A DNA stretch of 64,000 bases from Candidatus Azotimanducaceae bacterium (GCA_965199875.1 OZ241346.1:1098895-1162894), one strand, 5' to 3'. Counted from the first letter of the stretch, positions 34,789 through 44,484 are shown. The notes: generated by a model from the letters alone, not told the origin. Numbers and translations are program-made.

Positions 34789-34879
34789 ACAAGGCGGTAC
34801 AAGTGGTTGACCGCATTGCTCCTTGCAGGCCCCGTTCCTGCAGCCATCGTCCCGACGCTTGCAGGACTTTTCGCCCGGC

Positions 34880-35099
34880 ATGGCGTGGCGGATGCGCGAC
34901 TACCTGCACCAGGTGGAGTCCGCCCTGCGCGAGAGCGGGACGGTGCGCGCCGAGGGCGGCGTGCCGCCCATGCTCTCCATCGTGGTGCACAACGGCGACC
35001 GGCCGCGGCGGGCCGCGGCCGAGTGCGCGGCGCCGCTGACCGGGGACGGAGCGCCGGCGCGGGTGCGGATGTATGCTACGGTGGACTTGCAGGTGCATG
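34880..35099 (+). pseudogene. Fragment resembling the central part of an Rpn/YhgA-like PD-(D/E)XK recombination-promoting nuclease (putative transposase)
   Basis: Part of track ORF 34823..36775: MAWRMRDYLHQVESALRESG...GGVPPMLSIVVHNGDRPRRAAAE...MYATVDLQ. This resembles the family block R.M.Y....LPPVLPIVLYNGE.PW. There is no nuclease N-terminus or C-terminus. The rest of that track ORF is out of frame over the next gene. Confidence 0.3.
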
Positions 35100-35132
35100 A
35101 TCGACAACCCTGCTCGTCAACCGGAGGGAATC

Positions 35133-36755
35133 ATGGACAACCTGGCAAGACAGCTCATCCGAGTGGAGCTGATCCAGCGCCGCGAAGAAGGCTGCGATAC
35201 GTCGGACGTCGAGCCGCGCGTGACGGCCGCGCTGGCAGACGACGCCAGCCCCGGGGCGCTGTTCGAGGCGCTCTACGACGAACTCGACGGCCTGCAGCCG
35301 GCCGCGTCGTTCCCGTTCGACGAGCCGTCCGAACTGGACGCCATCCGGGCGCTGCGGCCGGCCGGGCCTCGGCGCATGGCATTGGACTTGGGCAGCGACG
35401 CCATCCACGACCGCATCCACGGCGCCTGGCTGGGACGCGCCGCCGGCTGTCTGCTGGGCAAGCCGGTGGAAGGCTGGCCGCGCCGGCGGATCGACGCGTA
35501 CTTGGAGTCGATGGACGCCCTGCCCCTCGACGACTACATACCGTTCAAGGAAGGCGCGATTGCGTCGTGGCTGAAGACCAGCACTCGGGGCAACATCGAA
35601 TTCATGGCCCGCGACGACGACCTGGACTACCCCATACTCGGCCTGCTCACTCTGGAGAACAAGGGCGGCGACCTCACTTCCCGCAACATGGCCAACACCT
35701 GGCTCGCCCGCATGCCGTTCCAGATGGTGTACACGGCCGAGTCCGCGGCCTATCGGAACTTCGTCAACCGCTGCTGGCCGCCGCAGTCCGCCACCTGGCG
35801 CAATCCGTACCGGGAGTGGATCGGCGCGCAGATTCGTGCGGACGTGTTCGGCTGGGCGGCGCCCGGCTGGCCCGAGAAGGCGGCCGAACTGGCCTACCGG
35901 GACGCCAGCATTTCGCACGTCAAGAACGGCGTCTACGGCGAGATGTTCGTGGCCGCGATGCTGGCCGCCGCCTTCGTGGAAAGCGACATCGACGAGATCG
36001 TGCGCATCGGCCTTTCGGAGATTCCGGCGCAGTGCCGGTTGGCGGAAGCGGTGCGCGACACGCTGGCATGGTGCCGCGAGGAGTCGAACTGGGAAGCCGT
36101 CTGGGATCGCATCCACGAGAAGTACGGCCACTACCACGGCGTGCATACGATCAACAACGCCGCGCTGGTGGTGATGGGGCTGGCGTTCGGCGCCGAGGAC
36201 TACGAGGCCGGCATCGTGACGACGGTGCGCGGCGGCTGGGACACCGACTGCAACGGCGCCACCGTGGGTTCGATCCTCGGCACCAGGCTCGGCGCCGAAG
36301 CGCTGCCGCAGAAGTGGACCGGCGTGCTCGGCGACCGGCTTATGTCGTGCGTGCGGGACTGCAACGACAACCGCATATCCGAGTTGGCGGCGCGCACGCA
36401 CCGGGTGGCCATGGCCATGCTGGCACCGCCGCCAGCGCAGCCAGCGGCGGCGCCTCGAACCAGCGCGACCGCCGGCGCCCTGGCAGGAACGTGGCGGTTC
36501 AACCTCTGGGGCGAATTGGTCCTTACGGTACGCCCCGACTTGTCCGGCACGGTGACGTACGAGGAGTTCGGCGAGGTCTCGAAGCTGCGCGACGTCCGCA
36601 TCGACGGCGACCGCGTCCGCTTCGTGTTCACCGCGCACAAGGGCGAGACGGATGTCTCCATCGCGTTCGACGGACGCCTTTCGGGAGACCGCCTGGCCGG
36701 CGAATGCACCGGCGACGGCTTCGTGTTCGAGGCGACGGCCGTGCGCCAGTCGTGA
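35133..36755 (+). CDS. ADP-ribosylglycohydrolase family protein with N- and C-terminal extensions
   Basis: Track ORF 35073..36755. ATG 35133 is preceded by ggaggg. Blocks DRIHGAWLGRAAGCLLGKPVEG, HVKNGVYGEMFVAAM and GGWDTDCNGATVGSILG are typical ARH metal-site blocks. An extra beta-rich tail of about 100 aa follows (GTWRFNLWGELVLTV...). Confidence 0.8.
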   Translation: MDNLARQLIRVELIQRREEGCDTSDVEPRVTAALADDASPGALFEALYDELDGLQPAASFPFDEPSELDAIRALRPAGPRRMALDLGSDAIHDRIHGAWLGRAAGCLLGKPVEGWPRRRIDAYLESMDALPLDDYIPFKEGAIASWLKTSTRGNIEFMARDDDLDYPILGLLTLENKGGDLTSRNMANTWLARMPFQMVYTAESAAYRNFVNRCWPPQSATWRNPYREWIGAQIRADVFGWAAPGWPEKAAELAYRDASISHVKNGVYGEMFVAAMLAAAFVESDIDEIVRIGLSEIPAQCRLAEAVRDTLAWCREESNWEAVWDRIHEKYGHYHGVHTINNAALVVMGLAFGAEDYEAGIVTTVRGGWDTDCNGATVGSILGTRLGAEALPQKWTGVLGDRLMSCVRDCNDNRISELAARTHRVAMAMLAPPPAQPAAAPRTSATAGALAGTWRFNLWGELVLTVRPDLSGTVTYEEFGEVSKLRDVRIDGDRVRFVFTAHKGETDVSIAFDGRLSGDRLAGECTGDGFVFEATAVRQS

Positions 36756-36784
36756 TCCTCCTGAACCGCCCATAAGGACGCGCC

Positions 36785-38251
36785 ATGCCACTGCCCATCC
36801 CCGCCTTCCAGCAAGCCGACCTGCCCGAGCGCAAGACGCCGCTGTACAAGATGATCGGCCCTGGCGTGGTGATGGCCGGCCTCGCCATCGGCTCGGGCGA
36901 GCTCATCATGTGGCCGTGGATCACCTCGGTGGTCGGCGCCCAGCTGCTCTGGGCCGCGGCCATCGGCATCTTCCTGCAGCTGTGGGTGAACATCGAGATC
37001 GGGCGCTGGACCATCGTCACCGGCGAGAGCCCGTTCACCGGCATGGCGCGGGTGCTGAAGTTCCTCGTCTACCTGTTCGTGTTCATCATCTTCGTCGGCA
37101 AGTTCCTGCCGGGCTGGGCACGGGAAACCGGCATCGCCTTGCGCGATCTGATCTTCGGCCCAGGCTACGACGACAGCCCCGCGTGGCTGTGGACGGCCAT
37201 CGTCTTCGCCTTGGTGGCGGCGATTCTGTTCGGCCCCAAGGTCATCTACACGGCGGTGGAACGCTGCATCGGCTTTCTCATCGTGGTGATCGTCGTCGGC
37301 CTCCTCTACGTGGTTTGGGAGCTCGGCTCGGCGGACGTGTTCCTTGCCATGTGGCATGGCGTGATCGGCTTCTTCGACTTCCCGGAGTTCCCGGTGAACG
37401 TGCTGGCGGAGGACGGCGCCGTGCGCGACCAGCTGACGTTCAGCCGCTTCTTCGGCGCGGTGGTGTTCGCCGGCGCCGGCGGCCTCGGCAACCTGTACTA
37501 CGCCTACTACCTGCGCGAGAAGAACGTCGGCATGGGCGCCCGCATGCCGTCGCTGATGAGCTTCGCGCACAAGCACGAGATCAAGGAGATGGACAGCGGC
37601 TACCTCTATCCCGACACCGCGGAGAACCGGCACCGGTTCAAGGACTGGTTTCGCTACGTGGTACTGGACCAGACGCTCTTCTTCTGGCTGCTCGGCAGCT
37701 TCACCATGTTCCTGTTCATCTTCGGCGCCCTCGCCGTGCTGCATCCCATCGGCCTGGTGCCGGACCGCGGCAGCCTGGTGTGGGACCTCGCCTCGATCCT
37801 GGAAGAGAGCCTAGGCACCACCGGCCGCTACATCTTCCTGATCGTGGGCATGGCGGCGCTCTTCAGCACCCAGCTCGGCGGCGTCGACGGCGGCAGCCGC
37901 ATCTTCGCGGACCTCCTGCACACCAACTTCAAGTTCGGGCGCTGGTTCAAGCTGGAGCAGTGGTACGTGATCCTCGTCGGCACCACGATGGGCGTGGGCA
38001 TCTTCAGCGTCTGGTTCTTCGGCAAGTACCACGACATCGCCGGCCTCGACTTCCTGTTCATCGCCGCCCTCATCAGCGGCTTCGCCATGGCGGTGTACGT
38101 GCCGGTGATCCTGTACATGAACCTCACCCGGCTGCCGGAATCGGCGCGCCCCGGCTGGGTGAACATCCTCTTCATGGTGCTGGCGTCGATCATGTACATC
38201 GGCTTCGCCGGGTATACGCTGTACAGCAAGGTGGTGGAGGTGTTCGCCTAG
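36785..38251 (+). CDS. Nramp-family-like membrane transporter
   Basis: Track ORF, 488 aa, about 11 hydrophobic segments. N-terminal GPGVVMAGLAIGSGELIMWP resembles the Nramp DPGN/GSG region. Confidence 0.65.
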   Translation: MPLPIPAFQQADLPERKTPLYKMIGPGVVMAGLAIGSGELIMWPWITSVVGAQLLWAAAIGIFLQLWVNIEIGRWTIVTGESPFTGMARVLKFLVYLFVFIIFVGKFLPGWARETGIALRDLIFGPGYDDSPAWLWTAIVFALVAAILFGPKVIYTAVERCIGFLIVVIVVGLLYVVWELGSADVFLAMWHGVIGFFDFPEFPVNVLAEDGAVRDQLTFSRFFGAVVFAGAGGLGNLYYAYYLREKNVGMGARMPSLMSFAHKHEIKEMDSGYLYPDTAENRHRFKDWFRYVVLDQTLFFWLLGSFTMFLFIFGALAVLHPIGLVPDRGSLVWDLASILEESLGTTGRYIFLIVGMAALFSTQLGGVDGGSRIFADLLHTNFKFGRWFKLEQWYVILVGTTMGVGIFSVWFFGKYHDIAGLDFLFIAALISGFAMAVYVPVILYMNLTRLPESARPGWVNILFMVLASIMYIGFAGYTLYSKVVEVFA

Positions 38252-38282
38252 CCGACCGTGGGCGAAACGACGCCGTCGACCA

Positions 38283-38942
38283 TCAAAGCGCCTCGCCGGA
38301 CCCCGACCGTCCGCGCCCGGCGCTGACGATCCACAACGGATCGCCCCGGGGCGGCGAGCGATCGGCGAAGGCGATGTCGTCGAAGCCGGCGGCGTGCAGA
38401 TACGCGCAGACCACCTGCACCCGCTCGGCGGGCGGCAGGGCGCGGAACGCGAGCACCGCCTTGCTCGGGAAGCAGCGATGCGACATGGCGACGGCCACGC
38501 GACCACCGGGCGCCAGCACGCGAAACACATCCCGAAACACCGCGATCGGCCGAGTGAGGTACTGCACGGAGACCGCGACCACCACCCGATCGAACTCGCC
38601 GTCGGCGTAGGGCAGGCTCGGCTGGACGTTCAGGTCGTGAACTCGATGGTCGTCGAGGCGTCGGTTGGCGGCCAGTTCCTCCTCGTTCATGCCGAGGCCG
38701 GAGACCCGGGCGTAGCGCTCTTCCGGCAGGTGCGAAATCCACGACGACATCAAGTCCAGCACGCAGCAGTTCGGCGGCAGAAACTGCGCGTAGAAGGTCA
38801 TCAGCGCGGCGATCGTTTCGTCGTCGATATGGGCGACGAAGCGCGGCTGCCGGTAGAACTCGGCGTCCGCCGATTCGTCTTCCCGCTCGAAGAAGCGCGG
38901 CGGAAAGCCGGCGCGCCCGCCGTCGCCGCTGCTGTCGTTCAT
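38283..38942 (-). CDS. Class I SAM-dependent methyltransferase
   Basis: Track ORF. Motif I-like VLDLMSSW and FDRVVVAVSVQYL...LAPGGRVAV. Confidence 0.7.
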   Translation of the reverse strand: MNDSSGDGGRAGFPPRFFEREDESADAEFYRQPRFVAHIDDETIAALMTFYAQFLPPNCCVLDLMSSWISHLPEERYARVSGLGMNEEELAANRRLDDHRVHDLNVQPSLPYADGEFDRVVVAVSVQYLTRPIAVFRDVFRVLAPGGRVAVAMSHRCFPSKAVLAFRALPPAERVQVVCAYLHAAGFDDIAFADRSPPRGDPLWIVSAGRGRSGSGEAL

Positions 38943-38989
38943 CCGCTACACTCTCCTCGTTCGTTTTTCCCAGTCTACGGAGGCATTCG

Positions 38990-39397
38990 ATGGCGAACGA
39001 ATTCGCGGGCGGCTGCCGCTGCGGCCAAGTGCGCTACACCTGCACGGCCGAGCCGATGTTCACCGGCCACTGCCACTGCCGGGACTGCCAGTACGCCTCC
39101 GGCGGCGCCTATTCCACCATTGTCGGCGTGCCCACCGCTGCGCTCGACCTGTCCGGCACGCTGTCGGGCTACACGGTGGACACCGACAGCGGTCATCAGG
39201 TAACGCGCCGCTTCTGCCCAACGTGCGGCTCGCCCATTCTCTCCGAACTGTCCGCCAACCGGGCGATGACCGTGCTGAAGGCGGCCAGCCTCGACGACCC
39301 GAGCTGGCTGCAACCGGCCATGCACATCTGGACCGCCAGCGGCCAGCCCTGGGCGGAAACGTCGTCGAGCGTTCCCAAGTTCGACAAGAACCCTTAG
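38990..39397 (+). CDS. GFA (glutathione-dependent formaldehyde-activating/CENP-V) family protein
   Basis: Track ORF. Zinc-binding Cys pattern GGCRCG...CHCRDCQ...FCPTCGSP. Confidence 0.85.
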   Translation: MANEFAGGCRCGQVRYTCTAEPMFTGHCHCRDCQYASGGAYSTIVGVPTAALDLSGTLSGYTVDTDSGHQVTRRFCPTCGSPILSELSANRAMTVLKAASLDDPSWLQPAMHIWTASGQPWAETSSSVPKFDKNP

Positions 39398-39460
39398 CTG
39401 ACGTCCACGCTCGGCAAAAGCGTTCGCCAGCGGCGGCCCGTCGACCCGCGGGTTGCTTCC

Positions 39461-40834
39461 ATGCGGCGCACCCGTCGCGCACGTCGTGGCGAGGTCGTCG
39501 CGCTGCTGCGCCTCGGCGCGCCCATCGCGGCGACGCAGTTCTTCATCATGGGCATGGGCTTCATGGACACCGCCATGGCCGGCCACTACGCATCGGCGCA
39601 CCTGGCCGGCGTCGCGCTCGGCGGCAACGTGCTGTGGCCGACGTTCCTGCTGATGGCCGGGTTCACCTTGTCGGTGACGCCCATCACCGCGCAGCTGGTC
39701 GGCGCCGGACGCACCGGCGAAACCGGCAAGGTGATCCAGCACGGGCTGCTGATGGCCGCGCTGGCAAGCGTGCCGGCCGTCTTCGTCGTCCTCTATTCGG
39801 AACCGTTGTTCGGCTGGTTCGGCATCGATGCGGAGGCAACGGACGTGGCGGTGCGCTATCTGCGCGCCGCCGCCTTCGGCCTGCCGGCGGGCATCTGCTA
39901 CTACCTGCTGCGCAGCGCTTCCGAGGGCCTCGGCCACACGGTGGGGCCGATGGTGATCGCCGGCCTCGCCCTGGCGCTGAACGGCTTTCTCAACTACGCC
40001 TTCATCTACGGCGCCTTCGGTGCGCCGGAACTCGGCGGCGAAGGCTGCGGCTGGGCCACCGCCATCATGATGTGGTTCGAGCTGGCCGCCGTGCTGGTGC
40101 TGTCGCGCTTTCGCTACTTCCGCCAGACCGGCTTCTGGCGTCGCTTCAGCCGCCCGGACTGGCGCCAGATCCGCCACATTCTGAAGGTTGGCGTGCCCAT
40201 CGCGCTGTCTTCGTTCGTCGGCATGGTGCTGTTCACCGTGGTCAGCTTTCTGGTCGGCAGCCTGGGCGTGACGCCGGTCGCCGCGCACAGCATCGCCGGG
40301 CACATCAACTGGGCGACGTTCGTCATTCCCATGGCTCTTGGCACGGCAGCGGGGATCCGCATCGGCTTCTGCGTGGGCGCGGGAGACATCCGCCTGGCCG
40401 CCAAGGTGGTGCGCACGGCGTTTGCCATGTCGCTGCTCTACGCGGTCGCGGTCAGCGGCTTGCTGGTGCTGCTGCGCCATCGCGTCGTCGCCATCTACAG
40501 CGACGACGCCACGGTGACGTCCCTGGCCGCATCGTTGATTCTGATCGTCGCCCTCTACCAGGTCTTCGACGACACCCAAGGCACGATGGCCGGCGCGCTG
40601 CGCGGCTACAAGGACACCCGGGCGCCGATGGTCTATTCCCTGCTCGGCTACTGGGCGCTGGCGCTGCCGCTCGGCGCGGCGCTGGGGTTCGGCTGGTGGT
40701 CGCTGCCGGCGCTTGGCGTCTACGGCTTCTGGCTGGCGCTGTGCTTCGGCCTGGCGGCGGTGGCCGTGGCGATGGGCGCGCGCCTCTACAACACCAGTCG
40801 CAGTCCGCAGCGCATCGCCAGACTGTCGCACTGA
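39461..40834 (+). CDS. MATE family efflux transporter
   Basis: Track ORF, 457 aa, 12 TM-like segments. N-terminal LLRLGAPIAATQFFIMGMGFMDTAMAGH and a mid-protein repeat (ILKVGVPIALS) are typical of NorM-like MATE. Confidence 0.85.
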   Translation: MRRTRRARRGEVVALLRLGAPIAATQFFIMGMGFMDTAMAGHYASAHLAGVALGGNVLWPTFLLMAGFTLSVTPITAQLVGAGRTGETGKVIQHGLLMAALASVPAVFVVLYSEPLFGWFGIDAEATDVAVRYLRAAAFGLPAGICYYLLRSASEGLGHTVGPMVIAGLALALNGFLNYAFIYGAFGAPELGGEGCGWATAIMMWFELAAVLVLSRFRYFRQTGFWRRFSRPDWRQIRHILKVGVPIALSSFVGMVLFTVVSFLVGSLGVTPVAAHSIAGHINWATFVIPMALGTAAGIRIGFCVGAGDIRLAAKVVRTAFAMSLLYAVAVSGLLVLLRHRVVAIYSDDATVTSLAASLILIVALYQVFDDTQGTMAGALRGYKDTRAPMVYSLLGYWALALPLGAALGFGWWSLPALGVYGFWLALCFGLAAVAVAMGARLYNTSRSPQRIARLSH

Positions 40835-40842
40835 GGGGCTGG

Positions 40843-41217
40843 CTATTCTGCCTCGGCCGGAACGTGAACGACCAGCCCGTCCAGCCCCTCGTGCATGACG
40901 ATCTGGCAGGTGAGCCGGCTGTGCGGCCGGCGTCCGGGCACGAACTCCAGAATGTCGCGCTCGTCGCCAACGGCTTCGCCCACCCGCGCGAACCACTGCG
41001 CATCGACAACGCCGTGGCAGGTGGAACAGGTGCAGCCGCCGCCGCACTGGGCGCGAATGCCCGGCACGCCGTTGTCCACCGCGCAGTCCATCACCGATGC
41101 CCCCACGGCCACGCAGTGCGTCTCGCGGCTGCCGTCCGGCTGGACGAAGACGACCCGGGGCAGAGCGCGGTTGCCGCCATGCCCTCGGATGCCGGCAGGC
41201 GAGCTCGGCGTGGACAT
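40843..41217 (-). CDS. [2Fe-2S] ferredoxin, adrenodoxin/putidaredoxin type
   Basis: Track ORF. Cys pattern CGGGCTCSTCH ... C near LTCQI. The N-terminal approximately 20 aa may be over-extended. Confidence 0.8.
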   Translation of the reverse strand: MSTPSSPAGIRGHGGNRALPRVVFVQPDGSRETHCVAVGASVMDCAVDNGVPGIRAQCGGGCTCSTCHGVVDAQWFARVGEAVGDERDILEFVPGRRPHSRLTCQIVMHEGLDGLVVHVPAEAE

Positions 41218-41236
41218 CGCACAGGGTTCAAGGAAT

Positions 41237-41602
41237 CTAGGAGGGCGACTGAACCGTTGGTTCCAACCTCACCCGTCTTGGCATCCCGCCTCTGGGCTGT
41301 CTCACCACATGAAGCACCACTGCCAAGACAAGCGCAATCGCCACGCCATGAGCCAAGGTCTGAACAACAATTGCCCACGCCGCATGGCTTCCAATTTCAT
41401 GGGGCGTGCCAACGACTGTTTCCCATATGGTCTCCCACAACGACCATGCCAACTGAGCTGCCGGCAGGACCACCATCGCAAGCCACACCCCGACATTCAG
41501 TCGCGTTTTGAAATGCGTGATCGTTAGCGAAAACAAGGCAACTGCGACGGCAAGCAGCGCGTAGTGCTGAGTCGCAGGCAGAAGTTCGGACGTTAGCGTC
41601 AC
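41237..41602 (-). CDS. Small hypothetical membrane protein (3-4 TM)
   Basis: Track ORF. GTG start overlaps the upstream stop (GTGA). Lies in the lower-GC islet. No family recognised. Confidence 0.5.
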   Translation of the reverse strand: MTLTSELLPATQHYALLAVAVALFSLTITHFKTRLNVGVWLAMVVLPAAQLAWSLWETIWETVVGTPHEIGSHAAWAIVVQTLAHGVAIALVLAVVLHVVRQPRGGMPRRVRLEPTVQSPS

Positions 41603-42171
41603 TTTGTGTGAGCCTTGTGGAAGCCCTTGTCGAAGTCGTCGATCAAGCCGCCCAAGTGGCGTCTTCGCGTGTGCTTGCGGCCACCGATGTCTTCGAGAGT
41701 GCAGCCCTCTCGCTCGGCGACGCCCCTGGGGTGAGTGGACAAGTAGGCCATCTTTCCGCCATCGGCGATCTTGAAGTGAACATCATCGGCTGGACGTTGA
41801 TGGAGGTATCGCACTTGAAAGCGGGTATCGTACTCTCCGCAGAGAGCCGCCATCTTGACACCCGCATTGAAGTTCAACAGGCAACGTACTTTCAAGTCTG
41901 GACACACCCGCAAGCGCTCGCGCACGGCCTCCACGGTATCTTCGTCGTCATACAGCGATCCGTGGACTCGGTCGCCGTCGTCGTGTACCAGCAATTTATG
42001 CTCCGCGTGAGAAAGCACGACCAAGAAGTGCTTGATCGCCTGCTCGTCGTCGTTCTTCACGTCTGTGACGCGAAGGAGGCTGTGTTCGTAGGTCATCCAA
42101 ACAGAAACCGCTACGACAGCCACCATGGACACGAGCACGGCCGCGCTGCTTGCCAAAATCAACGTGTCCAC
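41599..42171 (-). CDS. Membrane-anchored hypothetical protein, possibly a single-HKD phospholipase D-like fold
   Basis: Track ORF. N-terminal TM LILASSAAVLVSMVAVVAVSVW. The layout AIKHFLVVLSHAEHKLLV ... LKVRCLLN ... VHFKIADGGKMAYLSTH resembles PLD-like domains, but K-to-D spacing is non-canonical. Lower GC than the flanks. Confidence 0.45.
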   Translation of the reverse strand: MDTLILASSAAVLVSMVAVVAVSVWMTYEHSLLRVTDVKNDDEQAIKHFLVVLSHAEHKLLVHDDGDRVHGSLYDDEDTVEAVRERLRVCPDLKVRCLLNFNAGVKMAALCGEYDTRFQVRYLHQRPADDVHFKIADGGKMAYLSTHPRGVAEREGCTLEDIGGRKHTRRRHLGGLIDDFDKGFHKAHTK

Positions 42172-42347
42172 TCGTCATCTCCTCTGCTCCGGCACTTGCC
42201 GACCGGCGACCCGCCTTCCACCAAGCCGCATCCGCCGACATCGACCCGATCTTGGCCCCTTCGACCGCGCCCCAACAGTGCCGGCTTGTTGTTTACCCGC
42301 ACGGTGCAGGCTAACATGGCGCGTCTTTCGCAGCCAAGCAGTCGTCG

Positions 42348-42947
42348 TTGATCGTTGTCGGCCTCACCGGGGGGATCGCCTCTGGGAAATCAACCGCCGC
42401 TCGCCACCTTGCCGCCCGCGGGGCGTTGGTGATCGACGCGGACCAGCTGGGGCATCGGGTCTACGAACCGGGGCGGCCGGGCTTCGCCAAGGTGGTGGCT
42501 GCGTTCGGCGAGGGCGTGGTTGGCGACGATGGCGAGATCGACCGCCGGGCGCTCGGCGCCAAGGTGTTCGGCAATCCGCAGCAGCTGAAGCGGCTGACGG
42601 ACATCGCCTGGCCGGAGATACTCGCCCTCGCCAAGGCGGAAATCGCCGCGGCCAAGAGCGCCGGGGAGGGCGTTGTCGTGCTGGAAGCAGCCGTGCTGAT
42701 CGAAGCCGGCTGGCAAACCGAGGTGGACGAGGTCTGGGCGGTCGTCGTCGAGCCCGAGGTCGCCGTGGCGCGGGCGTCGGCCCGGGACGGCGTGGACGCG
42801 GCGGCGGTGCAGGCGCGCATCGACGCGCAGCTGTCGAACGCCGAACGAACGGCCCATGCCAGCGTCGTCATCGACAACTCCGGCAGCGAAGCCGATCTGG
42901 TCCGCCAGCTCGAACGTCATTGGCAGCGGCTGCAGGAGCGCAAGTGA
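42348..42947 (+). CDS. coaE: Dephospho-CoA kinase
   Basis: Track ORF with TTG start. P-loop VGLTGGIASGKST and the typical CoaE layout (DADQLGH, VLEAAVLIEAGW). Confidence 0.9.
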   Translation: MIVVGLTGGIASGKSTAARHLAARGALVIDADQLGHRVYEPGRPGFAKVVAAFGEGVVGDDGEIDRRALGAKVFGNPQQLKRLTDIAWPEILALAKAEIAAAKSAGEGVVVLEAAVLIEAGWQTEVDEVWAVVVEPEVAVARASARDGVDAAAVQARIDAQLSNAERTAHASVVIDNSGSEADLVRQLERHWQRLQERK

Positions 42948-43573
42948 TTCTCGACCTCCACACCCACTCCATCAAGTCCGACGACGGGCGCGCCAAGGTG
43001 CAGAACTACTGCCGCTGGATTCGCACCCAGGGCGTTCCCATCGACGGCTTCGTGCTCACCGAACACCGCCAGTTCGACTTCGAGTCGGACTACCGCGGGC
43101 TGGCCGAGGAACACGATCTGGTCATCCTCAAGGGCGCGGAAGTGGAAACCGAGTACGGCCACGTGCTGGTGTACGGCGTCACCGAAGCGCTCTACGGCAC
43201 CTTCGACTTCGCCCGCATCGGGCTTCGCCTGGAGGAAGTGATCGAGCACTGCAACGCCCACGACGCGGTCGCCGCGCCCTGCCACCCGGGGCGGCCAAGG
43301 GTCGGCATGTCGGCGCATCTCGAAGAACACGGCGTGCCCAAGGGCGTGCGCATCGTCGAGATCCACAACGGCGGCAGTCGCGGCAACGAGGACGACGTGG
43401 CGCAGGCGATGGCCCGGGAACTCGGCTACCTCGGCATCGGCGGCAGCGATTCGCACATCGTCAGCCACATCGGCCGTTGCGCGACGGAGTTTCCGCACCG
43501 CATCGGCAGCGAACGCGAACTCGTGGCCGCGCTGAAAGCCGAGCAGTTCCGCGCCATTCCCCGAACCGGCTAG
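42944..43573 (+). CDS. PHP-domain metal-dependent phosphoesterase
   Basis: C-terminal part of track ORF 42125..43573. GTG 42944 overlaps the coaE stop (GTGA). N-terminal ILDLHTHS, later EVETEYGHVLVYG and GGSDSH. Confidence 0.7.
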   Translation: MILDLHTHSIKSDDGRAKVQNYCRWIRTQGVPIDGFVLTEHRQFDFESDYRGLAEEHDLVILKGAEVETEYGHVLVYGVTEALYGTFDFARIGLRLEEVIEHCNAHDAVAAPCHPGRPRVGMSAHLEEHGVPKGVRIVEIHNGGSRGNEDDVAQAMARELGYLGIGGSDSHIVSHIGRCATEFPHRIGSERELVAALKAEQFRAIPRTG

Positions 43574-43597
43574 ACACCAACCAGGAGCAAGACAGAC

Positions 43598-44059
43598 ATG
43601 GCAGAGCAGGAAGCCGTCGATCAGGACATCGTCGAGCTGCGCGAACGATTCCTGAACCGCGAGTTCGACGAGGTCACCTTCACCATCGATGGCGAACGGT
43701 TCGCCGAGTACGCCCGGGTGTGCGGCGAAACGGCGTCCCGCTTCACCGACCCGAACCATGCGGACTTCCAGGCGCCGCCAACGTTCGTTTCCACCCTGGT
43801 CGGCGGGCGCAGCATGCCGCCGGACTTTCCGAACCTCGGCGGCATGGGCATGGATGCCGGCAAGTCGGTGGAGTGGAAGGCGCCGGTTCGCGCCGGCGCC
43901 ACGCTCACCGGGCGCAGCCACCTGCACGACATCTACACCAAGACCGGGCGTTCCGGGCGGATGGTGTTTCTGGTCACGCGCATGGAACTCTACGACCAGG
44001 ACGACGTCCACATCGCCAACGCCGACACCCGAACCGTGATCCGGGAGAGAATCAAGTGA
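43598..44059 (+). CDS. MaoC/FAS1-like dehydratase N-terminal-type hotdog protein
   Basis: Track ORF, 153 aa. Hotdog-like pattern, paired with a downstream MaoC-like gene via a GTGA overlap. Confidence 0.6.
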   Translation: MAEQEAVDQDIVELRERFLNREFDEVTFTIDGERFAEYARVCGETASRFTDPNHADFQAPPTFVSTLVGGRSMPPDFPNLGGMGMDAGKSVEWKAPVRAGATLTGRSHLHDIYTKTGRSGRMVFLVTRMELYDQDDVHIANADTRTVIRERIK

Positions 44060-44484
44060 GCGACGCCGCCACCGTCAAGACCATCCAAGACGTGGAGTTC
44101 GGCGCCGAACTGCCCAGTTTCGCGCCCGACACCAGCATCGCGGCAACGCGCCGCTTCGGCCAGCACGTCGGCTGGAACACGCCGCGCTTCACGGACCACG
44201 AGGGCGCCCGCAAGGAGGGGCTGCCCGGCGCGATCGTCCCCGGCGTCATGAGCCAGGGCTTTCTGGGCGCGATGATCCACCGCTGGGCGCCGGAGGCCGA
44301 GATCCTGAGCATCGACACCATCTTCCGAGCGCCGGTGCTGGTGGATCATCCCCACGACATCAACGGCGTCGTCACCGACGTGGACGAAGACGCCGGCACG
44401 GTGGAAATCGACATCACCGTCACCAACGAGGCCGGCGAGACCCGGGTGCTGGGCACGGCCACGGCCAGGCTGCCCGCTTCCTAG
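44056..44484 (+). CDS. MaoC-like (R)-hydratase hotdog protein
   Basis: C-terminal part of track ORF 42856..44484 from GTG 44056. Block [30 protein letters not shown] resembles the hydratase motif region. Confidence 0.65.
   Translation: MSDAATVKTIQDVEFGAELPSFAPDTSIAATRRFGQHVGWNTPRFTDHEGARKEGLPGAIVPGVMSQGFLGAMIHRWAPEAEILSIDTIFRAPVLVDHPHDINGVVTDVDEDAGTVEIDITVTNEAGETRVLGTATARLPAS

Noticed and set aside
38975..41047. 690-aa minus-strand ORF and 762-aa plus-strand ORF (39223..41511) over the GFA/MATE genes
   Set aside because: Low-complexity translations. The 38990..39397 and 39461..40834 frames have clear GFA and MATE signatures.
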